From NCBI GenBank assembly GCA_044229845.1, contig JBGASG010000009.1, forward strand, positions 135,269 to 199,268: a stretch of DNA of 64,000 nt, read 5' to 3'. The stretch's first letter is position 1. Each line of letters starts with the position of its first letter. A program made the translations under genes and the position numbers. The notes beneath the pieces were generated by a model. It was given only the letters and a program-made list of their open reading frames with translations, searched no databases and was not told the origin of the DNA. Below are positions 38,974 to 48,973 of this stretch, one piece after another. This DNA comes from Candidatus Obscuribacteraceae bacterium (GTDB taxonomy: Bacteria > Cyanobacteriota > Vampirovibrionia > Obscuribacterales > Obscuribacteraceae).

Positions 38974-41013
38974 TCAGCCGCCTGATGACTGACGTTTGGC
39001 TGCCGCCGCCTTCTGCAAGTGCATCAGCTGATCGCGAAGCTCCGCGGCTCGTTCGAAATCGAGGTTGCGGGCTGCTTGCTTCATTTCCTGTTCCAGTTTT
39101 TTCACGACCTTAGGCAGGTCGGCGCCAATCGCATCAAGCTGCGCCTCTATGGAGGCGGCTTCTTTTTGACGTGAATGTTCAGGTAAAATTTCGCGTGTCC
39201 CGCGCAAACTATCCAGCAAGCTGTTGGTGGTTTCTTTGACGATCGTCTGCGGCGTTATATTATGCTCTTGGTTGTATTTCAGCTGAATTTCGCGGCGGCG
39301 ATTTGTTTCTTTCAGGGCTCTCGCCATCGAATCGGTGACGCGATCGGCATAAAGAATCACTCGCCCGCCGACGTTGCGCGCGGCTCGCCCGATGGTCTGC
39401 ACGAGCGACCGTTCGGCGCGCAAGAAACCTTCTTTGTCGGCTTCCATTATGCAAACGAGAGAAACTTCGGGCAGGTCCAGTCCTTCTCTAAGCAGGTTGA
39501 CTCCGACCAGAACATCGAACGCGCCGAGACGCAAATCGCGCAAAAGCTCGATGCGATCGAGGGCGCCGATATCGCTGTGCAGCCAGCGTACGCGGATGCC
39601 GACTTGTTGCAGGTATTCTGTCAGGTCCTCAGCCATACGCTTGGTAAGTGTGGTGACCAGCACGCGTTCGCCGATCTCAGCGCGAATCTTGATCTCTTTG
39701 ATCAGATCATCTATCTGTCCCTGAATCGGGCGCACTTCTACTTGTGGGTCGACCAATCCGGTGGGACGAATGATTTGCTCGACGATCTGTTGGCTCTCCT
39801 TAAGCTCGTTATCACCGGGAGTGGCGGATACATAAATAACTTTTCCGACCTTCTCGAAGAACTCTTTATGCGTCAGCGGGCGATTGTCGCGAGCGCAGGG
39901 CAGGCGAAATCCGAAGTCGATCAGGGTGTCTTTGCGTGAACGATCGCCGTGATACATCGCATGCAGCTGCGGTATCGTCACATGCGATTCATCGATGAAG
40001 GTCAGGAAACCGCGCTGACCGAAACGGCGAATGAAATAATCGAGCAGTGTTTGCGGCGGCTCTCCAGGCAGGCGACCGTCCAGAATGCGCGAGTAGTTTT
40101 CAATACCGTTGCAGTAGCCCACTTCCTTGAGCATCTCGATGTCGAAGCGGGTGCGCTGCAGAAGCCGCTGCGCTTCGACTAATTTGTTGTCGCGCTTGAG
40201 CTCGGTCAATCTGTCTTCCAGCTCAAGCTCAATCTGCTCGATCGCTTGATCCAGATCTTCTTCGTCCGCCACATAGTGCTTGGCCGGATAGACTTTGATC
40301 TCCTGCACCACTTCTTCGATTTCGCCGGTCACAGGATTGACGATCACGAGCCGTTCGATGTCGTCTCCGAAAAACTCGACGCGCAACACTCGTTCTTCAT
40401 AAGACGGAAAAATCTCTACAACGTCGCCCCGAGCGCGGAAGCGCGAGCGCTCGATGGTCAGGTCGTTGCGCTCGTACTGAATGCCGACCAGCATGCGCAG
40501 GAGTTTGTTGCGCTCGATTTGCTGTCCTACTGCCAGAGGGATGGCGGCGGAAAGATAACGCTCCGGCACACCCAGACCGTAGATGCAGCTTACTGATGCC
40601 ACCACGACAACGTCTTTCCGCTCCCAGACTGAGCGCGTTGTGGAGTGACGAAGCCGATCGATTTCATCGTTGATGCTGGCTTCTTTTTCGATGAATGTGT
40701 CAGTGGACGGAATATATGATTCCGGTTGGTAGTAGTCGTAATAGCTGATGAAATACTCGACCGAGTTGTTCGGCATGAATTCGCGGAATTCATTGCACAG
40801 CTGGGCTGCCAGCGTCTTGTTGTGGGCAAGGACAATAGCCGGTAAACCGGTCTCGGCAATCACTTGCGCCATGGTCATGGTTTTGCCGGAGCCGGTGACG
40901 CCCAGCAAAGTCTGGCGATCAAAACCTTCCGCCACGCCCTCCGAGAGTGCGCGTATGGCCTTTGGTTGATCGCCGGCCGGTTGAAATTTCGAGATGACCT
41001 CGAATCGACTCAC
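38974..41013 (-). CDS. uvrB: Excinuclease ABC subunit B
   Basis: [34 protein letters not shown] and C-terminal UVR domain. Confidence 0.97.
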   Translation of the reverse strand: MSRFEVISKFQPAGDQPKAIRALSEGVAEGFDRQTLLGVTGSGKTMTMAQVIAETGLPAIVLAHNKTLAAQLCNEFREFMPNNSVEYFISYYDYYQPESYIPSTDTFIEKEASINDEIDRLRHSTTRSVWERKDVVVVASVSCIYGLGVPERYLSAAIPLAVGQQIERNKLLRMLVGIQYERNDLTIERSRFRARGDVVEIFPSYEERVLRVEFFGDDIERLVIVNPVTGEIEEVVQEIKVYPAKHYVADEEDLDQAIEQIELELEDRLTELKRDNKLVEAQRLLQRTRFDIEMLKEVGYCNGIENYSRILDGRLPGEPPQTLLDYFIRRFGQRGFLTFIDESHVTIPQLHAMYHGDRSRKDTLIDFGFRLPCARDNRPLTHKEFFEKVGKVIYVSATPGDNELKESQQIVEQIIRPTGLVDPQVEVRPIQGQIDDLIKEIKIRAEIGERVLVTTLTKRMAEDLTEYLQQVGIRVRWLHSDIGALDRIELLRDLRLGAFDVLVGVNLLREGLDLPEVSLVCIMEADKEGFLRAERSLVQTIGRAARNVGGRVILYADRVTDSMARALKETNRRREIQLKYNQEHNITPQTIVKETTNSLLDSLRGTREILPEHSRQKEAASIEAQLDAIGADLPKVVKKLEQEMKQAARNLDFERAAELRDQLMHLQKAAAAKRQSSGG

Positions 41014-41040
41014 GACACCACGCGATTTACTACTGGCTGA

Positions 41041-41265
41041 TTACGATTGGCTTGTGCTGGGCTTCTTCTCGGTGGATTCGTCGTCATCCATGTTGGTTTC
41101 AATCGCTGTCTTGATCTCGTTTTGAGTCTCTTTCATCGAGCGCTTGAAATTGACGAGTCCCTGACCAATGGCGCGTCCCAGTTCAGGCAACTTTTTGGGT
41201 CCGAATATGAGCAAAGCCAGCCCGAACACGATTGCTATTTCGCCAGGACCAATGTTAAACGGCAT
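41041..41265 (-). CDS. tatA: Twin-arginine translocase TatA
   Basis: IGPGEI...LLIFGPKKLPELGRAIGQG...FK. Confidence 0.92.
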   Translation of the reverse strand: MPFNIGPGEIAIVFGLALLIFGPKKLPELGRAIGQGLVNFKRSMKETQNEIKTAIETNMDDDESTEKKPSTSQS

Positions 41266-41335
41266 AAGTGCTTTGCCTCAGCTTCAAATATCTAACCCTT
41301 AAATGGTAGCACATTCGGCGGAATGCCGGTCCTGC

Positions 41336-42814
41336 TTACTTTTCGGGCTGCTTATCGTCGGTCGCGGTGGGCGGCGGTGCGGCCCCATTGCTGTAGCTGG
41401 TGAGGGGCGCGGCGAGCGGAGCGGCGTTGATTTTGTTTTGTTTCTTTCGGTCCGCCATTTCGGCTATAGCAGCGTCCATATAAATGAAATCTGGAACCAT
41501 GCCTTCCGGTTCCAGGTATGACTCGATATCGGACGCATCTATGGACTCGTTGGGCACGTTGTTCGGGAAGTTGCGGGCGTTCATGCCGACGACCTGCGAG
41601 ACGTAAAGCGGGTCTGGATTCAACCGCACCCATTTGACTCCGCTGGTCGCCCAGTCGTTATACTGCAGAGACACATGCGGATGGTCCGGCTGGTGTTGCA
41701 GGTGGTCTAAGCGGCTGCCGAACACTGTCACCATCAGGTGTGGCATCGCCTTCGCGACGCTTTTTAAGTGCAGGGAACCGTCGCGGTCTTTGAAGTAAAG
41801 TTCCGACTCCTCTATGGTTGCCACTTGCGGGTTCCAGGTCTTGCCGAAGACGTTCAAACGAGCCAGAGCCCGTGTCACCTGCGGTGGATAAATCTGCCTG
41901 GGCCATGCCGGCATAGATGAGTACGGAACCGCGAACTCGATTGATTCCTCCCAGACTCCGTTGTTGTTTTCGTCGAAGAACACAACCCCGGGTATCTCCG
42001 GTAGTCCGACCTTTTTGTGCGAACCGGGAGTTTTGGAAGCATCCGCCTGGAACTTTATCCGGCGATAATCGACAGCCGGCTCGCCAGTGGCGGCGCTGCC
42101 CTGCCTGTAATGGCGGTTGGTGACAAAGTCTTTGGCGCTGCCGAGAGCCGGCGGGTAAAACATCGATCCCAGCGGAGTCTCATAGAAAGCCAGCCAGGAA
42201 ACGTTCCGCAGATCGCTGTGGTATTTGTCGAGCGTGGTCATCAAAAGATTGCCACCGTTGGACCAGCCGACGATGCCCATGTTCTGCGAGTTGACCTTGA
42301 CCGGTACCAACTCGTTGATGGTTCTCAGTTTCGTATCGTTTGACTTGCCGGCGGCGAATTTAATCACATCGCGCAGTGCAACCTCGCAGAGCGGTCCCCG
42401 CTGGTCGTAGGTGCCTCCGGAGCGGAACCCTTCCTTGCCGCCGCCGGGAAAAGCAAATCTCACTTCCACGAAACCGGCTTGGGCTGCATGCATGGAAAAG
42501 TCGAGGCCGCTCTTCTCGTCGCCCCCCGGAACTACCACCACCACCGGTGCGCCGTCGGCATAGCGAGGCTTGACCGGATAGATGACATTGACAGCCAGCC
42601 CTTTGTCGGGTGCGGAGCTGCTGGGTATGAAGAAACTGGTGGAATGCTCCGGCACCATTGGTGGTAGCTTCAGGCTGGTGTTTGCGCCCGGTACCGATCC
42701 AGGCGAAGCCGACCATGACGGGGGTGCCGACGCGGTCAGCAAGCCGATTGCCGCAATCAGACAGGCGAATATTGCCTTGGCGGCATTTAGTTTCTCAGCA
42801 ATTTTCTCAACCAT
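41336..42814 (-). CDS. Secreted alpha/beta-hydrolase-like protein
   Basis: Signal peptide, APVVVVVPGG and GIVGWSNGG nucleophile elbow. Start is 42814 or 42829. Confidence 0.65.
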   Translation of the reverse strand: MVEKIAEKLNAAKAIFACLIAAIGLLTASAPPSWSASPGSVPGANTSLKLPPMVPEHSTSFFIPSSSAPDKGLAVNVIYPVKPRYADGAPVVVVVPGGDEKSGLDFSMHAAQAGFVEVRFAFPGGGKEGFRSGGTYDQRGPLCEVALRDVIKFAAGKSNDTKLRTINELVPVKVNSQNMGIVGWSNGGNLLMTTLDKYHSDLRNVSWLAFYETPLGSMFYPPALGSAKDFVTNRHYRQGSAATGEPAVDYRRIKFQADASKTPGSHKKVGLPEIPGVVFFDENNNGVWEESIEFAVPYSSMPAWPRQIYPPQVTRALARLNVFGKTWNPQVATIEESELYFKDRDGSLHLKSVAKAMPHLMVTVFGSRLDHLQHQPDHPHVSLQYNDWATSGVKWVRLNPDPLYVSQVVGMNARNFPNNVPNESIDASDIESYLEPEGMVPDFIYMDAAIAEMADRKKQNKINAAPLAAPLTSYSNGAAPPPTATDDKQPEK

Positions 42815-42878
42815 TATCTCTACCAGCACGTCGACGTTCCGGCCGGATCATCGCCGACCGGGGATGTATGTAATACAG

Positions 42879-45005
42879 TTATGTAGGCAGCAGCGGTTGC
42901 AACTTAGTGAAGTCGGCGATGCTCACGTAATAACGATTGACGGCGTTCAGCAAGCCATGCCGCGTGTCGCGTTTGGCTTTGTCTTCGTCATTCACCATGA
43001 CGTCGACAAAAAACTGATCGATCTGTTTGACGAGTTTGCCGAGCAACGCGGTCAATTGCTTGTACTCAGCGGCATTGGCGGGCTGCCTGAACTGACCGCC
43101 ACTTTCCCACGTTGCCACCACCTCTTTCTGGAAAGCATCCCACAGGTTTTTCTCGGCATCGAGTGTAAATGCGGCCGGATCTACTGCTTCCGGGCTGTCG
43201 GGCTTGAGAATCTTGCCGACGCGCACGCCGCCGCGAACGATTGCCAGTCCATCCTCGTTGCTGGTCAGGTCCTCGAGAATCTGGCAGCGCACCAGCGTAT
43301 CCGGCAGATCTGCGAGCGGATCTTGAACTTGCAGGACGGCATCGATGATCTCGCGTTTGAAGCCTTTCTCTTGCAGGCGCATGCGGATGCGCTGCGTGAG
43401 AAATTCCCGCAGATCGGCAATTGTTTTCTGCGGTTCAAATCCGCGCTTTCCTTCCAATGCCGGTTGCAGGAGAGTCAGAATTACTTCCATCAAAGCGTTG
43501 AGATTGATGGAGGTAGCTTGCATGCCGTCGAACAGAATGTCGACGATGCCCTGGGCCTGGCGGCGCAACGCATAAGGATCGCTAGATCCACTTGGACGTC
43601 TGCCCAGAGCGAAGAGCCCGACCAGATTGTCCAATTTGTCTAGAAGCGCGGCATATTTGCCCACGTCGTCGGCGGGAATTTCATCATCGGTAGAGCGCGG
43701 CGCGTAGTGCGAGGCGATGGCTTTCACCACATCTGGTGGCTGACTTTCCTGTTCTGCATACCAGGAACCGACGTAGCCCTGCAACTCCGGCAGCTCGCGG
43801 ACCAGATCGGTGACCAGGTCGAGTTTGCACAACTCCATGGTGCGTTCCAGGCAGACTTTGATGCGGGCATCGAGATTGAGGCTGTCGGAGAGGATGCGCG
43901 ACATGTGCATCAAGCGATCCCGCTTGTCGACATAGCTGCCCAGACCTTCCTGGAATGTCAGGTTACTGAGGTTTCCGAGCCGATCGGTGAGTTTCGTCTT
44001 CTGGTCATTAAAGTAGAAGAAACGGCCGTCGGCGAGGCGGGCCCGCAATACGCGTTCGTTGCCTTGTTTGATGATTGGTTCCGCTTCCTGGCGGTCGTTG
44101 TTGGAGACAGCTATGAAGTAGGGCAGCAATTTGCTTTTGCCGTTGCCGCTGCCGGCGCTTTCGACCGGGAAGTAGCGCTGGTGGTGCACCATGACGGTCT
44201 CGATCAATGTGTCAGGCAAGTCGAGGTACTGTTTCTCGAACTCGCCCAGGATTGCGTGCGGCCACTCGGTGATGTTGATCACTTCGTCCAGCAAGCCGCT
44301 TTTTAGCCGGCCCGGCGTTCCTTTGACTTTCTGGGCCGTCGCAACGGCTTGTTTTTCAATAACTCCTTTGCGCTCCTCGGGGTCGACCAGTACGCGTGCG
44401 GCGCGCAGCGCCTCGACGTACTTGCTCGGGTGGTCGATTGCGACCTTCCCCGGGTTTAGAACGCGGTTGCCGTAGGTTTCGCGTCCGGCGTGAACGCCTT
44501 CCATTTCCAGCGCCACAATCTGATTGTCAAGCAAAGAAACCAGCCAGCGAATCGGGCGTGAAAACTTGAGGTCATAGTTGCCCCACCGCATCAGGCGTTC
44601 ACCGGACAGTTTGCTGATCGCCTGCGGGACCACCTCTTGCAGAACCGCTGCCGCGTCTTTCCCTTTGATAGTTACGCTGGCGAAGTAGTAGCTGACCCCG
44701 CCTACTTCCTTTTTCACGAGGTCTTCGACTTTGAGGTCGAACTTTTTGGCGAAACCAGCCGCTGCGCCGGCAGGCGCGTCTGCCTTCGGACCTTTCTCTT
44801 CTTTTTCGACTGTTGGCTGCACGTCGGACAGCCCTTTGACGATGGCGGTCGTACGCCGGGGCGTGCCCAGGGTGATAATTTCCTCGAACCCCAGATTGGC
44901 GCGCTTCAAGCCATCACTCAAAAGGGTTTTTAGCCGCTCCTGTGCTTCCGGAACGTGATCTGCCGGCAGCTCTTCGGTGCCTATTTCGAGAAGATAGTCG
45001 GGCAT
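42879..45005 (-). CDS. glyS: Glycine-tRNA ligase beta subunit
   Basis: LLEIGTEELP, TPRR, MRWG..F.RPIRW, HQRYF, RARLAD.RFF and SGSSDPYALRR. Confidence 0.96.
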   Translation of the reverse strand: MPDYLLEIGTEELPADHVPEAQERLKTLLSDGLKRANLGFEEIITLGTPRRTTAIVKGLSDVQPTVEKEEKGPKADAPAGAAAGFAKKFDLKVEDLVKKEVGGVSYYFASVTIKGKDAAAVLQEVVPQAISKLSGERLMRWGNYDLKFSRPIRWLVSLLDNQIVALEMEGVHAGRETYGNRVLNPGKVAIDHPSKYVEALRAARVLVDPEERKGVIEKQAVATAQKVKGTPGRLKSGLLDEVINITEWPHAILGEFEKQYLDLPDTLIETVMVHHQRYFPVESAGSGNGKSKLLPYFIAVSNNDRQEAEPIIKQGNERVLRARLADGRFFYFNDQKTKLTDRLGNLSNLTFQEGLGSYVDKRDRLMHMSRILSDSLNLDARIKVCLERTMELCKLDLVTDLVRELPELQGYVGSWYAEQESQPPDVVKAIASHYAPRSTDDEIPADDVGKYAALLDKLDNLVGLFALGRRPSGSSDPYALRRQAQGIVDILFDGMQATSINLNALMEVILTLLQPALEGKRGFEPQKTIADLREFLTQRIRMRLQEKGFKREIIDAVLQVQDPLADLPDTLVRCQILEDLTSNEDGLAIVRGGVRVGKILKPDSPEAVDPAAFTLDAEKNLWDAFQKEVVATWESGGQFRQPANAAEYKQLTALLGKLVKQIDQFFVDVMVNDEDKAKRDTRHGLLNAVNRYYVSIADFTKLQPLLPT

Positions 45006-45168
45006 GCCTTCTTGTTTTCCTGCAAAAGTCAGCGCAAATTATAGCCAATCCGGCACCTTAAAACCCGCTATGCTGCGCACTGTAACGCCTGCAGCCGGAC
45101 GCAACTGGCGTGCCACCATATATGGTGCGCTTGGCGTCTGCGAGGTTGCTTATGGCTCCACGTCGGCG

Positions 45169-45196
45169 CACGCGCAATCCTGTCGTTTTTCGCGCG
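45169..45196. repeat. 28-bp dispersed palindrome, copy 4
   Basis: CACGCGCAATCC-TGTC-GTTTTTCGCGCG. Confidence 0.75.
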
Positions 45197-45385
45197 TTGC
45201 CCGAGGAGCCGGACTATTCAGACACGCCCCAGCAAAGCGCCACCTGGGGCAGATGTGCGAGAAGTGATATGTCAAGGGGGGGGCGGCCGGCGGCGCAGCT
45301 CTGGGGACGGTTTTGCTGCAAGTTGGGTTTGCTTGAGTGAGTGGTATGAAAGGTCTAGATCAGATTTAACCAATAGGACATTGGG

Positions 45386-46408
45386 ATGAGGCGGTTCTTT
45401 TTTAGCAGCAAAGGGGTGAGCGCAACGCTGGCTTTGTTGTTTGGGCTGATTGTGACAGTCAGCGGCGCCTGGGCTAAGTCGGCTGGAGGTTTTGCTGGAG
45501 TTGAGTATCTCAGCAGCGATTCCCAGACCTCCCGGCAGGAAGTCGAGAAGATGCTGGGGCTGCATCATGGGGCCAGCTACGAGTCGGCCGAGAGAGCCCT
45601 GGAGAGACTGCGCGACAAGCTGGAACAGCGTCGAATGCATGCCAACCTGGACATCGTCGATGGCGATAAAGACGAATTTTACGTCTCCATAGATATCGTC
45701 AAGGCCGGCGTTGCTGGTGACGCTCCGACGAGAAAGCTGGAGTTTCCTCACAGAGTTTTCTTGACCAACACCAAGCCGCTCGTGTTGCTCGAGCAACTGG
45801 AGACTCGTCGGATGCAGTTGCAGGAGCAGGGGCGCCCGACAGAAGTCGTCTATAGGGACGGCATCAAGCACTATTCCGATGTCGCTTGTGATCGACTCGT
45901 CGATCAGCTATTGGTTGTAACTCCGCTAGTGAGAGGACAGCTGCACCAGATGATTGCCAGCGATCCCGATCCGAAACGGCGGATGGCGGGCATCGAGCTG
46001 CTCAACTGGGCTGGGCAGCCGGTCGGCGACGCGGTGGTAGTGGTGCCGGCGATCAACGATGTCGATGCGGATGTGAGAGTGGTGGCTGCCAAGTATGTGA
46101 TGGCACGCTTCGACTTGCTTCCGGATCGCTTTCCATGGACGCAACTGATTGAAGCGTACGCCTTCCAGCTGGCAAGACCGTCGCATCGCGATCGCATCAC
46201 GGGACTTGCATGTTTGTCTGCGTTGACGAAAACGCGTCCTGAGCTCATGTACAACGTCAAGGTTTATAGCGAGGAACGACTCAAGCAGTTGTCTGAGCAA
46301 AGCGCGATTCCAGCCATCAGGACTCGGTCACAGGATTTGCTGGCTCAGGTCGGCAACGTCAAGGGACCTAAGAGCAAAGTTTCTCCCGGTGAGTTCAATG
46401 GTTTCTAG
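45386..46408 (+). CDS. Secreted hypothetical protein with HEAT-like repeats
   Basis: Signal peptide and HEAT-like segments DPDPKRR / D.DADVR..A. Confidence 0.7.
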   Translation: MRRFFFSSKGVSATLALLFGLIVTVSGAWAKSAGGFAGVEYLSSDSQTSRQEVEKMLGLHHGASYESAERALERLRDKLEQRRMHANLDIVDGDKDEFYVSIDIVKAGVAGDAPTRKLEFPHRVFLTNTKPLVLLEQLETRRMQLQEQGRPTEVVYRDGIKHYSDVACDRLVDQLLVVTPLVRGQLHQMIASDPDPKRRMAGIELLNWAGQPVGDAVVVVPAINDVDADVRVVAAKYVMARFDLLPDRFPWTQLIEAYAFQLARPSHRDRITGLACLSALTKTRPELMYNVKVYSEERLKQLSEQSAIPAIRTRSQDLLAQVGNVKGPKSKVSPGEFNGF

Positions 46409-46491
46409 CCAAGAAGAGTATTTTGGGATGCTGTCGATGTCGATTCGTTGGCGATAAGTGATAAGTGGTAAGTGAGGAATTGTCCCCAATC

Positions 46492-48963
46492 ATGACGACG
46501 CAGTTGATTGCGAAAAAATGCTTGAGTTGCGAGCGCAGTTATGGACCGGATTTCGTGGTCTGTGAAGACGACGGAACGCAACTGGCGGCCGTCCTCACTC
46601 AGTCTCTGGTCGGCGATACTCTTGGCGGTGGCAAATATGAGCTGCTGGAAGAGCTGGGGCGGGGCGGCATGGGCGTCGTGTTTCGTGCTCGCCACAAGCT
46701 CATGGAGCGGATCGTCGCCATCAAAATGTTGATCGACGACATGGGCAAGGACCCGACCGCACTGCAACGTTTTCACGTTGAAGCCAAGGCGGCGTCGGCG
46801 TTGAATCATGCCAATATCATTCGCATCTACGACTTTGATGTTTCGCAGCACGGATTCCCGTTCATCGTCATGGATTACTTGCAGGGTGAGCCGCTGGATG
46901 GAATTCTCGATCGGGACCAACGCATGAATTGGCAGCGAGCGATGCCGCTGTTTCTAAAAGTGTGTGATGCGCTCGGGCATGCTCACCGACGACAGGTGGT
47001 GCATCGCGACATGAAACCCAGCAACGTCATGGTGGTGCACGATGAGGATGAAGGCGAGCGCCCGGTAGTGCTCGACTTTGGGATTGCGAAACTGTTTACT
47101 CCCGGTGGGAAGAACGAAGGACGATTGACGCGCACCGGCGAAATATTTGGTTCGCCCCTGTACATGTCTCCGGAGCAGTGCCTCGGTCAGCCGGTGGACC
47201 ATCGCTCTGATATTTATTCCGTAGCTTGTTTGATTTACGAAACGCTTACCGGTTGCGTGCCGTTCGACAAATCCGGTTTCGTGCAGGTGATCCTGGCACA
47301 CGTGAATGAACCGGCTCCAAGACTGGATCGCGCGGCTCCTGAATTGGGACTGCCGAAGGAATTGTCGGATGTGCTGATGAAGGCGATGGCTAAAAGCGCT
47401 ACCGAACGATTTGAGAGCATGGCTGAGTTCAAGCAAGCACTGATTGCCGCCAGTGGTGGTGGCACCGGGCAAGTCGAAGTTTCCCAACAATCAGCCGGCG
47501 CGCCTGCGGTCAACGCTGGTGCTGCTGGTGTCGCCGGCGGTGTGCCGGCAGGCACCGACACAAGTTCAACTGTGGTGGGCAACGTGCCCAATCCCTACTT
47601 TCAGGGCGCGGGCGCTGCACAGGCAAATCAGGCGGTGAGGCCTCCGGAATATACAGTTGTGTCGGGGCACAGAGTTACTGAAAGCGATTCCAGTATGGAG
47701 CCGCAAGTTCGAGATTGGCTCGACGGCGCCGAGCGCGGGCGCGTCGAAGATCAGTTCGATCTCGCCTGGGCTTACCGGGCCGGCGACGGAGTAGATCAGG
47801 ATCCGAGATTGGCGATTTTTTGGTATACCGAAGCCGCTGGGCAAGGGCATCCGCAAGCTGCGTGTTGCGCCGGCGAGTTGTACAGAGACGGGATTGGAAC
47901 CGAGCAGGATTACGGCGAGGCACTAACTTGGTTTCGTAAGGGAGCAGAGGGTGGCGACTTGCTCTCCCAATTCAATGTAGGTTGGGCTCATGAGTTCGGA
48001 CAGGGCACGCCGGTAGATTTAGAGATGGCGGCGTACTGGTACAAGAAAGCTGCTGAGAGTGGATACTCGTACGCGCAGAACAGTCTCGGCGTGCTCTACA
48101 CCATAGGTAGTGGCGTAGAGCGGGATGATAAAGCGGCGTTCGAATTGTATTTGCAGGCTGCAGAACAAGGATTGGCTGAAGCACAAAGAAGGCTCGGCGA
48201 GGTCTATGAATGGGGTTGGGGAGTTGATATCGACTACGCCAATGCTCTCTATTGGTACGAGAAAGCGGCTGCTCAGGACGATCTGGATGCGCAGTTTCGT
48301 CTGGCAATAATGACGCTGGAAGGGCGTGGCTGTAAACCGGATGTGGCGGGCGGTAAGCGCAAACTGCGACAAGCCGCGCAACGCGGATCGTCGCTGGCGC
48401 AGAACTACATGGGTGAAGTTTATGAGTATGGCTTACATGATGCGACGATGAACCTGGAGGAAGCATTCCACTGGTATAAGAAAGCCACCGTCCAGGGGCA
48501 CGCTGAAGCCAATTATTCGCTCGGACTGATGTTTGAAGAGGGACGAGGGACTGAGGTCAATAATCAGGAGGCTGAGCGCTGTTTCCGAGCTGCTGCCGAA
48601 GGCGGAAGCGGTAACGGCATGGTGGCATTGGCGCGCAGTATTCGCGAAGGGCGGTCGAAACCGGTAGATCCCGATGAGGCGATCACTTTGCTGGAGAAGG
48701 CAATGGCATTGGATTGCGGGTGGGCTTTCATGCTGATGTCGCAAGTTGTGCAATCTGGTGACCTGAAGAATACCGGCTACGATGCGCTGAAGTTAATGGA
48801 AGAAGCGGCGGCACTATGCCCGGATTTCGCCATGCCGCATTACGAACTGGGAATTCTTTATATCGATAGCGGTCGCAGGGCGGAAGGTATGGAGTGTCTG
48901 CGCAAGGCCGCAGCACTGGGTAGCGCGGATGCTGAGGATGCTCTGGCATCGTATGAGGGGTAA
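46492..48963 (+). CDS. Ser/Thr kinase with N-terminal Zn-ribbon-like prefix and C-terminal SEL1 repeats, paralogue 1
   Basis: CLSC..CEDDG, GRGGMGVVF, HRDMKPSN, DFG and repeated A..WY.KAA.QG...AQ..LG. Start aligned to its paralogue. Confidence 0.9.
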   Translation: MTTQLIAKKCLSCERSYGPDFVVCEDDGTQLAAVLTQSLVGDTLGGGKYELLEELGRGGMGVVFRARHKLMERIVAIKMLIDDMGKDPTALQRFHVEAKAASALNHANIIRIYDFDVSQHGFPFIVMDYLQGEPLDGILDRDQRMNWQRAMPLFLKVCDALGHAHRRQVVHRDMKPSNVMVVHDEDEGERPVVLDFGIAKLFTPGGKNEGRLTRTGEIFGSPLYMSPEQCLGQPVDHRSDIYSVACLIYETLTGCVPFDKSGFVQVILAHVNEPAPRLDRAAPELGLPKELSDVLMKAMAKSATERFESMAEFKQALIAASGGGTGQVEVSQQSAGAPAVNAGAAGVAGGVPAGTDTSSTVVGNVPNPYFQGAGAAQANQAVRPPEYTVVSGHRVTESDSSMEPQVRDWLDGAERGRVEDQFDLAWAYRAGDGVDQDPRLAIFWYTEAAGQGHPQAACCAGELYRDGIGTEQDYGEALTWFRKGAEGGDLLSQFNVGWAHEFGQGTPVDLEMAAYWYKKAAESGYSYAQNSLGVLYTIGSGVERDDKAAFELYLQAAEQGLAEAQRRLGEVYEWGWGVDIDYANALYWYEKAAAQDDLDAQFRLAIMTLEGRGCKPDVAGGKRKLRQAAQRGSSLAQNYMGEVYEYGLHDATMNLEEAFHWYKKATVQGHAEANYSLGLMFEEGRGTEVNNQEAERCFRAAAEGGSGNGMVALARSIREGRSKPVDPDEAITLLEKAMALDCGWAFMLMSQVVQSGDLKNTGYDALKLMEEAAALCPDFAMPHYELGILYIDSGRRAEGMECLRKAAALGSADAEDALASYEG

Positions 48964-48973
48964 GAGAGCTTAA

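Noticed and set aside
42582..43643. 353-aa plus-strand ORF
   Set aside because: Antisense to glyS and the downstream gene.
42879..45005. glyS without adjacent glyQ
   Set aside because: Split glyQ/glyS is common in cyanobacteria-related and other lineages.
45114..45127. Perfect 14-bp palindrome CACCATATATGGTG upstream of glyS
   Set aside because: Only one copy noticed in the window, with no supporting context.
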